Assembly: GCA_951406725.2 (NCBI GenBank)
Contig: CATOCA020000037.1
Coordinates: 1-27,739 of the forward strand
Length of the DNA: 27,739 nucleotides
From: Octopus vulgaris
Taxonomy: Eukaryota
Direction: 5' to 3'
This document shows, piece after piece, positions 1-13,634 of the stretch (the stretch's first letter is position 1; every line of letters starts with the position of its first letter). The translations under genes were made by a program, and so were the position numbers. The notes beneath the pieces are model-generated. The model searched no databases, was not told the DNA's origin, and was given only the letters and a program-made list of their open reading frames with translations.

Positions 1-30
1 AGAAAAACAGGTGTATATAACAATTTGTAG

Positions 31-84
31 TTAAATATAAACATATACATATATATATATACATATACATATATATACATATAC

Positions 85-118
<34 letters not shown>

Positions 119-140
119 ATACATATACATATATCTATAC

Positions 141-207
<67 letters not shown>

Positions 208-326
208 CATATACATATACATATATACATATATATATATATATACATATACATATACATATATATATACATATACATATACATATATACATATATATAT
301 ATACATATACATATACATATACATAT

Positions 327-360
<34 letters not shown>

Positions 361-425
361 ATACATATATATATACATATACATATATATATACATATAT
401 ATATATAATATATATATATATATAT

Positions 426-510
<85 letters not shown>

Positions 511-654
511 ATACATATACATATATATATATATACATATATATACATATATATATATATAAAGATATACATATATATATACATATACAATATATATATA
601 TACATATATATATACAATATATATATATATGTACATATACATATATATATATAC

Positions 655-700
<46 letters not shown>

Positions 701-706
701 ATATAC

Positions 707-752
<46 letters not shown>

Positions 753-786
753 ATACATATATATATATATATACATATATATATAC

Positions 787-819
<33 letters not shown>

Positions 820-900
820 CATATACATATATATATACATATACATATATATATACATATACATATATATATATATACATATATATACATATATATATAT
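31..900. repeat. (TA)n microsatellite, heavily interrupted by CA (TACATA-type units)
   Basis: Direct reading: alternating TA with frequent TACA interruptions. Confidence 0.97.
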
Positions 901-1369
901 AAAACGGAACATATATATGTTCCGTTTTCAGCAGAGAAAGACGTGATTGCCTTTGCTCTGTGAAAAAGTCTGCATAGAACGGCGAAATAACCCACTGTAG
1001 TTGCAAAACGTAAAACTCTAAGTCATAGAGATCAGTACAACACTTTGGTTAAAAATATTTTTAAAAATATATATATAAATATATACATATACACAGTAAT
1101 TTTCATTTTCGCCGAAACGCACATGGTGCAAAAATAACTGAACCAAGTTATCTCCTGCAAGAAAGAAAAAAGAAGCATCTCTCCCGAAAAAAATCCCGTA
1201 AACCAAAAAAATTATCCAGACCACATTGTTGGATTAGGTATCAATTTCATCTATTTCATATTTTATTTATTATTCTATTTTATCTTTCACTTAGGCCCAC
1301 ATCTTAGTTAAAGTTGCGATCGTCATTTTGTTTGTTTACATTTTCAATATCTGTTCTCGATATAATAAT

Positions 1370-2430
1370 TTTCCAGATACTCTATCTTCTAATTAGCCTT
1401 AAGATTAAATTAAATAACGTTTAATATTGATACCGTCAAATTAGCCTTAGGATTAAATTAAATAACGTTTAATATAGTTTAATATTGTTAATAATTATTG
1501 TTAATTAGCCTTAAGATTAAATTAAATAACGTTTAATATTGTTTTAATATTGTTAATAATTTTTCAGATACTCTATCTTCTAATTAGCCTTAAGATTAAA
1601 TTAAATAACGTTTAATATTAATAACGTCTAATTAGCCTTAGGATTAAATTAAATAACGTTTAATATTGTTAATAATTATTGTTAATTAGCCTTAGGATTA
1701 AATTAAATAACGTTTAATATTGTTTAATATTGTTAATAATTACTGTTAATTAGCCTTAAGATTAAATTAAATAACGTTTAATATTGTTTTAATATTGTTA
1801 ATACTTCTTCAGATACTCTATCTTCTAATTAGCCTTAAGATTAAATTAAATAACGTTTAATATTACCCACACTCTAATATAATATTAACATTGCTAATAT
1901 ATTTTCACATACTCTATCTCCTGATTAGCCTTAAGATTAAATAACGTTTTTATCCACACTCTAATATAATATTAATATTGCTAATATATTTTCAGATACT
2001 CTATCTTCTAATTAGCCTTAAGATTAAATTAAATAACGTTTAATATTAATAACGTCTAATTAGCCTTAAGATTAAATTAAATAACGGTTAATATTGCTTA
2101 ATATTGTATATATAATTTTTCAGATACTCTGTCTTCTAATTAGCCTTAAGATTAAATTAAATAACGTTTAATATTACCCGCACTCTAATATAATATTAAT
2201 ACTGCTAATATATTTTCAGATACTCTATCTCCAAATTAGCCTTAAGATTAAATAACGTTTTTTTACCCACACTCTAATATAATATTAATATTGCTAATAT
2301 ATTTTCAGATACTCTATCTCCTAATTAGCCTTAAGATTAAATAACGTTTTTACCCAAATAACGTTTTTACACAAACTTTAATATTGTTAATATTTCTTTT
2401 TCAAGTACTCTATCTTCTAATTAGCCTTAA
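1370..2430 (+). repeat. AT-rich tandem monomer array in the 5' UTR of A1 (core AATTAGCCTTA[A/G]GATTAAA(TTAAA)TAACGTTT, ~15 cores by manual count)
   Basis: The core recurs every ~50-100 nt with alternative spacer modules (CAGATACTCTATCTTCT, AATAATTATTGTT, ACCCACACTCTAATATAAT). Confidence 0.92.
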
Positions 2431-2491
2431 TATCTTCCTGTCTTCTCTCGAACATAATTAGATAGATAAACGGATAGACGGATTATCCAGC

Positions 2492-3406
2492 ATGTCCAGA
2501 GCATGGAGACGTGACGAGCTGGATTTATTTGTACGAGCATGGGAGTGCGCCGGCGGAGATAGCCCTAGCGAGGTGATTGCGGCTGCGCTGAAGAGCAGAG
2601 GCTACAAGAGGACAGCGGCTCAGATGGAGCGAAAGAGACAGGAATTCGTGCGCTCATATGCGCTTGTACGGTCGCACATTGGCGCACTTGATGCCATCTT
2701 TGAGAACGAGCGGAGCAAAGATGGCAAGAATGGAGACGATGAAAGAAGTCACCCCCACCTGGTGGACGCCCAGGAGGAGGTTTTGAATGAGAAACCTGCC
2801 CGGGAAGTGAACCCAGGTGCAAGTTCTCCAACCGGCAGCAAGGGCCATGGAGACGGAGAACCCGGTGAAGAGGTAGAGGGAGGAAGAAGAACTAAAAGAA
2901 GGACTGGAAGAGCTAAAGGAAAAGAAAAAGCTGAAGCAGGACCAAAGAGAGAAACAACCAGGAGTAGAAGTGGAACCGCAAAGGATGGAACCAAACAGCG
3001 CACACGGGTGTGTATGTTCTACCTGAGAGGTTCCTGCTGGCACGGAAAGGAAGGTGCAGGCTGCCGCTTTGCACATCGGGGACCCTGCCACAGAGACACG
3101 AGGCAGATGGACAAACCATCAACACAAAGAAAAGGGATGGACTACGCACCACCTGCCCCAAAGCGGAGGTACGCAGATGTTGTGCGCGCCACAAACAGCC
3201 AACATGATGTTGTCGAAAGAGCAGCTGCTGAGCAACAATCTTTTTTGTGCATGGCACAAAAGATCGTACAGCAGCTGACCTGGCTTCATCAAACCCAAGC
3301 CCGCAGGTGGGACTACCCACTATATACCAGACCACCACAGCAAACAGACACAGGATGGACACCGCCGGCAACAACAACGTACACCTCACCTCGATACTCC
3401 TACTGA
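2492..3406 (+). CDS. LINE ORF1 protein (304 aa): N-terminal Myb/SANT(trihelix)-like motif, charged low-complexity linker, CCCH zinc finger
   Basis: ATG-initiated ORF upstream of and overlapping ORF2, conserved in A2 and A3. Motifs are W-x3-E...W...IAAALKSRGYKRTAAQMERK and C-x7-C-x8-C-x3-H (3011-3076). Confidence 0.88.
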   Translation: MSRAWRRDELDLFVRAWECAGGDSPSEVIAAALKSRGYKRTAAQMERKRQEFVRSYALVRSHIGALDAIFENERSKDGKNGDDERSHPHLVDAQEEVLNEKPAREVNPGASSPTGSKGHGDGEPGEEVEGGRRTKRRTGRAKGKEKAEAGPKRETTRSRSGTAKDGTKQRTRVCMFYLRGSCWHGKEGAGCRFAHRGPCHRDTRQMDKPSTQRKGMDYAPPAPKRRYADVVRATNSQHDVVERAAAEQQSFLCMAQKIVQQLTWLHQTQARRWDYPLYTRPPQQTDTGWTPPATTTYTSPRYSY

Positions 3407-6354
3407 ACATCAGAGGACTGCAAACACTCAGTAACAGGACAAAGATCCCGTTCCTGAGAGACTTTGTTGCATGCAATCAAGCCTTATGCATAGCACTTAC
3501 AGAAACGCACCTGAAACCGGACATAGCAGATGCGGAGTTACACATACCACAGTATGCTGTACTACGGACCGACAGGAAAGAAAGGAGTCATGGAGGTGTT
3601 GCTATGTACATCCGTGAGGACCTCACACCCCAGGTCCTCTTGTCATACTCAAACTCGGTGTGTGACACACTAATTGTACATATTAGGCAACTTGATGTAG
3701 TTGTGTGTGCTACATATCGCCCTCCAGATGCCCCAAGCCATGTGGGCAAGTTCGAAGACTGCCTTATAAAAATAGAAGAAATTCTAACCACATTAGAACA
3801 ACACATAGGTGTGCTTCTTATGGGAGACTTCAATCTGCCCAATGTCAGATGGCCCGAGGGCCTTTCTCTCCCAGGAATGACAAGATGTGAACGAGGACAG
3901 GCGAGGTCCCTCCTGAACCTCATCAACACCCTGTACATGGAGCAGGTAATACTCCAACCAACCAGGGCAGGTAACACACTGGATCTCTGCTTCACAAATG
4001 ACATGGATCTCATCCATAATGTGAAAGTGACACCGACACTACTCTCGGATCACAACATGGTAGAGCTGACCATGTACGGGCCAAAAGAGAGCACGGACAT
4101 GCAGCCTACAAGAAACCCTCAAAATCTTTCCAGCTTGAACTACCATAAGGCAAACTGGAAACAAATTGAGAAAGAGATCCTCAAACAAAACTGGCCTGAA
4201 TGTCTCTCCTCGCCAGACATCGACGTGAAACTTCAACAATTCATGTCTGTAATGCAAGCCATATGCTACAAATGTGTCCCAGAGAGAAAGGCCACTGTAC
4301 ACAAGAACAAAATCCCCAGAGAGAGGAAAATTTTAATGAGACGGCGTACGAAATTTTCAAATCGCCTAAACAAACAGATTGAAAGCAGTGAAAAGTCCCG
4401 CCTAAAAATAAAACTGTTGGAAATCGAAAAATGTCTGCAACTCTCCCATGAAAAAGAAAGAGCAGACAAAGAAGCCTGGGCTATAGAAAACATAAAATCT
4501 AACCCCAGAGCTTTCTACAGGTATGCCAAAGAAACAGCTACAGTGCACTGTAGAATAGGGCCACTCCTCGAAAAGGATGGCACACTTACAGGAAAACCAA
4601 TGAGGGTAAGTGAAATACTGAATGAGCAATTCAAGAGTGTTTTCACTCCACCCCTTGGGCATCTCCAAATCACCAATCCAACTGACTTTTTTACCACTGC
4701 AGATATAAAATCAGAGGCGGCGACGATAGATTACATCGATATAAATGAAGACGATGTAACCAAGGCTATAGATGAAATGAAAACAGACTCAGCTACTGGC
4801 CCCGATGGATTCCCGGCAATCCTCCTAAAAGCATGTAAGAGAGTCCTAGCAAGACCACTGCAGTTCCTCTTTCAGAGCTTCCTTGCAGCTGGCAAACTTC
4901 CAGGAAAACTGAAGGAAGGTAAAATATGCCCCATTCATAAAGGAGGTAGCAGAGCGGAAGCCAAGAACTATAGACCTATCTCTCTGACCTCACACATCAG
5001 CAAGGTCATGGAACGAATAGTCAGAAGGAAGCTGATCACCTTCCTTGAAGAGAATGACCTGCTGCCCGACACCCAACATGGTTTCCGACCAGGGAGAAGC
5101 TGTTTAACTCAGCTCCTACAACACTATGACTGGGTGCTGAAACGGCTGCTCAACCACTCAAATGTGGAAGTGATATATCTCGACTTTGCAAAGGCCTTTG
5201 ATAAAGTCGATCATGGAATGATATGTCACAAACTGCGTGATCTCAACATAGTTGGAAAACTGGGAGAATGGCTTCATGACTTTCTGAAGGATAGAAGTCA
5301 GGTGGTAGTAGCCAATGGGGCCACCTCCATTAACACACAAATAGTGAGCGGTGTTCCGCAGGGCACTGTTCTGGGACCACTACTGTTCATAATGGCCCTC
5401 TCAGACATGCCCTCAGCCACGCAGAGAGCCACGATCACAAGTTATGCAGATGATACAAAAGTTTCACAGGCAATACAGAACCCTGAGGACACTAAACACC
5501 TGCAATGTGAGCTAGACGAAATATACAAGTGGGCTGAAAAGAATAGCATGCAGTTCAATGCTGGAAAGTTTCAAGCTTTATACTATCAGCATGCAAAACT
5601 GAATGCAATACCCAATGAATACACTGGACCCGGAGGGATTGCAATCCCAGAGGCACAATCAGTGCGTGACCTGGGTATTCACATGAGTGATGACGCGACC
5701 TTTCATGTACATGTTGCTAAACTGACAATGAAATGTAGACGGCTGGCTGGATGGATTCTTAGAACCTTTAGAACAAGAGAACAAGAAACCATGATGGTCC
5801 TCTGGAAGACACTTGTCCTAAGCCACTTTGACTATTGCTCTCAGCTATGGTCACCATCCAGTGTCAAGTTGATCACAGAACTTGAGGCGATCCAACGAAG
5901 CTACACAAAGAAGATAGCCTCTATGCAGAATGTAAGCTACTGGGAAAGACTCAAGAGATTAAAATTATATTCCCTGGAGCGTAGGCGGGAAAGATATGCC
6001 ATAATATACATCTGGAAGATCCTGGAGGGAAGTGTCCTGAACTTTGGCATCGAGAGTTACGCAAATGCCAGAACTGGGCGCCACTGCGTGGTGCCTAGGA
6101 CTCCAAACCTGCCATCAAGATGTAGGACAAGATACTGTGATAGCCTGGGCTTCCGAGGCCCACAGCTCTTCAATATCCTCCCGAAGAACCTGAGAGACCT
6201 GCATGGGGTGGATACAGATGTCTTTAAAATGAAGCTGGATCTCTTCCTGTCAGGTGTCCCAGATGAACCAACTTCACGGCAGGAGGGGCAGATGAGGGCA
6301 GCTGCATCGAACTCTCTCATGCACCAAATAGCAGTTGCTAGAAAGCCTCCATGA
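3355..6354 (+). CDS. LINE ORF2 protein: apurinic-like endonuclease + reverse transcriptase (999 aa from first ATG; frame open from 3232)
   Basis: APE motifs: NIRGL, LTETHL, YRPP, GDFNLP, LDL, SDH. RT motifs: [39 protein letters not shown]1-type C-terminus [10 protein letters not shown]...WKIL with no CCHC knuckle. The track start at 3247 is a GTG. Confidence 0.96.
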   Translation: MDTAGNNNVHLTSILLLNIRGLQTLSNRTKIPFLRDFVACNQALCIALTETHLKPDIADAELHIPQYAVLRTDRKERSHGGVAMYIREDLTPQVLLSYSNSVCDTLIVHIRQLDVVVCATYRPPDAPSHVGKFEDCLIKIEEILTTLEQHIGVLLMGDFNLPNVRWPEGLSLPGMTRCERGQARSLLNLINTLYMEQVILQPTRAGNTLDLCFTNDMDLIHNVKVTPTLLSDHNMVELTMYGPKESTDMQPTRNPQNLSSLNYHKANWKQIEKEILKQNWPECLSSPDIDVKLQQFMSVMQAICYKCVPERKATVHKNKIPRERKILMRRRTKFSNRLNKQIESSEKSRLKIKLLEIEKCLQLSHEKERADKEAWAIENIKSNPRAFYRYAKETATVHCRIGPLLEKDGTLTGKPMRVSEILNEQFKSVFTPPLGHLQITNPTDFFTTADIKSEAATIDYIDINEDDVTKAIDEMKTDSATGPDGFPAILLKACKRVLARPLQFLFQSFLAAGKLPGKLKEGKICPIHKGGSRAEAKNYRPISLTSHISKVMERIVRRKLITFLEENDLLPDTQHGFRPGRSCLTQLLQHYDWVLKRLLNHSNVEVIYLDFAKAFDKVDHGMICHKLRDLNIVGKLGEWLHDFLKDRSQVVVANGATSINTQIVSGVPQGTVLGPLLFIMALSDMPSATQRATITSYADDTKVSQAIQNPEDTKHLQCELDEIYKWAEKNSMQFNAGKFQALYYQHAKLNAIPNEYTGPGGIAIPEAQSVRDLGIHMSDDATFHVHVAKLTMKCRRLAGWILRTFRTREQETMMVLWKTLVLSHFDYCSQLWSPSSVKLITELEAIQRSYTKKIASMQNVSYWERLKRLKLYSLERRRERYAIIYIWKILEGSVLNFGIESYANARTGRHCVVPRTPNLPSRCRTRYCDSLGFRGPQLFNILPKNLRDLHGVDTDVFKMKLDLFLSGVPDEPTSRQEGQMRAAASNSLMHQIAVARKPP

Positions 6355-6379
6355 AGTGAAACCAAGTAGCAACACCAAA

Positions 6380-6419
6380 TGGCGGTGCCCCAGCATGGCC
6401 ACAGCTCATAAGCTGAAAC
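6380..6419 (+). other. 3' UTR tandem stem-loops of family A (putative ORF2p recognition signal)
   Basis: TGGCGGTGC-CCCA-GCATGGCCA, then CAGCT-CATA-AGCTG, then AAAC. Covarying equivalents occur in families B and C. Confidence 0.7.
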
Positions 6420-6422
6420 TAG

Positions 6423-6446
6423 AATCAATCAATCAATCAATCAATC
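6423..6446 (+). repeat. (AATC)6 3' tail of A1
   Basis: Direct reading. A short tandem-repeat tail instead of poly(A) is typical of CR1/L2 elements. Confidence 0.95.
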
Positions 6447-7841
<1,395 letters not shown>

Positions 7842-8488
7842 GACACTGATGGTCCTATGGAAAACATTTGTCCTCAGCCGCTTGGACTACTGCTCCCAAC
7901 TTTGGTCACCACACAATATAAAACAAACAGCAGAACTCGAAGCAACTCAGAGAAGCTACAAAAAGAAAATCGTCTCAATGCAAAATGTCAGCTACTGGGA
8001 AAGACTGAAGGTATTAAACCTCTTCTCCCTGGAGCGGAGGCGGGAGAGATATGCAGTGATATACATCTGGAAAATCCTGGAGGGTCTTGTCCCAAACTTT
8101 GGCATTCAAAGTTACTCCAACCGCAGAACGGGGCGCCGCTGCGTGGTGCCAAGGATTCCAACATCACCATCAAAATACAGGTCCAGATACTGCAACAGCT
8201 TGGGTTTCAGAGGACCACAACTCTTTAACATCCTCCCTAAATGCCTGTGAGACTTACATGGTGTGGATGTGGGTTTCTTTAAAACTAAACTGGATCTCTT
8301 CTTGTTGGGAGTCCCAGATGAACCTACCTCACGACAGGAGACACGGATGCGGGCAGCAGCATCGAACTCCCTTGTTGATGAAGTGCCACGTATCAGAGGT
8401 GGATTCACAAACTAGTGTAGCTCATTCAGCGGTGGTGCCCCAGCATGACCGCGGCCTTCGGGCTAAAACATTTTTAAGGATTTAAGGA
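7842..8488 (+). mobile_element. 5'-truncated CR1-group LINE, family B (closer to A than to C), tail (TTTAAGGA)2
   Basis: Encodes an ORF2 C-terminus colinear with A ([21 protein letters not shown]...[12 protein letters not shown]) but with a different 3' UTR and tail. Flanked by (TA)n. Confidence 0.92.
7843..8415 (+). pseudogene. ORF2 C-terminal fragment of family B with a premature stop at 8248-8250
   Basis: TGA replaces the Arg codon of A's NLRDLHG. The frame continues [29 protein letters not shown]...GFTN to TAG at 8413-8415. Confidence 0.88.
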
Positions 8489-8583
8489 TATATACATATA
8501 TATATATACATATATATATATATACATATATATAAATATATACATAAATATATATATATACACATATATATATATATATATGC

Positions 8584-8614
<31 letters not shown>

Positions 8615-8625
8615 CATATATATAC

Positions 8626-8658
<33 letters not shown>

Positions 8659-8663
8659 CATAG

Positions 8664-8696
<33 letters not shown>

Positions 8697-8702
8697 CATA
8701 TA
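8489..8702. repeat. (TA)n microsatellite tract, interrupted
   Basis: Direct reading. Confidence 0.96.
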
Positions 8703-9368
8703 TTGGGAGTAATTGTGGACAACAACGTAAGCTGGGCCACTCATATAAACACCAAAGTTGACATGGCCCGCAGAATGTGTTCCTGGATTCTCAGAACTTC
8801 CCAGTCGAGAGATATCCACACCATTATCCTTCTCTTCTCCACTTTTGCCCGACCCCAGCTTGAATACTGTTGTCCACTGTGGTCTCCCCACACAATACAA
8901 GGTATCATAAAAGTCGAAGCACCTCAAAGGGCAATCACAAAAAAGATAGATGGCATGACAGGCCTCGACTATTGGGGTCGACTAGAAAAGCTAAAACTCT
9001 ATTCTCTCCAACGTCGTCGTGAGCGCTACATCATCTGCATGATGTGGAAAATATTCCATCAGCATTGCCCAAATGATGTTGGCATCCCCTTTAAGGTACA
9101 TCCAAGGCTTGGGCCCCGTGCCATCCGCCCAAAACAAAAATCGCACTCTCATCTCATAACAGCAATACGGCACAATTATTTCACCTCAATTGGCCCCGCT
9201 CTCTTTAACATTACACCAAAACACATTAAAACAGAAAAGGACCCTATAGGGTTCAAGAAGTCTTTGGACAGATTCCTTCAAGAAATCCCGGATAAACCCC
9301 CTACACCCGGATATGTCTCTGTAAACAATAACTCTCTACTTGAGTGGAAAATAGTGCCCAAATTCTGA
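8703..9368 (+). pseudogene. ORF2 C-terminal fragment of C1 (no start, no internal stop)
   Basis: Track ORF of 221 aa; begins mid-RT at the (D)LG motif. Confidence 0.88.
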
Positions 9369-9458
9369 CTTGAAAGACTTCACCAGGTGGTGCTATTAAT
9401 TTAGACATGGCCTGGGCCAATAATGGCCGAAACCTATCAAAGTATCAAAGTATCAAAG
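8703..9458 (+). mobile_element. 5'-truncated CR1-group LINE, family C, copy C1, tail (TATCAAAG)3
   Basis: Encodes an ORF2 C-terminus (LGVIVD...[11 protein letters not shown]...DKPPTPGY). Nearly identical to C2 but truncated at a different point. Confidence 0.93.
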
Positions 9459-13542
<4,084 letters not shown>

Positions 13543-13634
13543 GATTGATTGATTGATTGATTGATTCTAGTTTCAGCTTATGAGCTGTGGCCATGCTGGG
13601 GCACCGCCATTTGGTGTTGCTACTTGGTTTTACT

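Larger units (their letters stand above)
919..6446 (+). mobile_element. Full-length CR1-group non-LTR retrotransposon (LINE), family A, copy A1; both ORFs intact
   Basis: Starts GTTCCGTTTTCA, the same start as A2 and A3. Has a long 5' UTR, ORF1, APE-RT ORF2, a short 3' UTR and an (AATC)6 tail. There are no LTRs or TIRs, and (TA)n lies on both sides. Confidence 0.95.

Noticed and set aside
1-30. Non-repetitive sequence at the window start
   Set aside because: Too short to assign. It does not match the A, B or C termini and may be the unique flank of the array.
1370-2430. CRISPR-like repeat-spacer array
   Set aside because: The spacers are themselves repeated modules of variable length, there are no cas genes, and the array lies inside a eukaryotic LINE UTR.
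2565-6428. Short antisense and alternate-frame ORFs within the LINE ORFs, repeated in each copy
   Set aside because: They are shadows of ORF1/ORF2. They recur only because the copies are nearly identical, and they have no recognisable motifs.
9411-9433. Hammerhead ribozyme (GGCC...GGCCGAAAC resembles stem II + GAAAC)
   Set aside because: The required CUGANGA core before stem II is absent in all three families.
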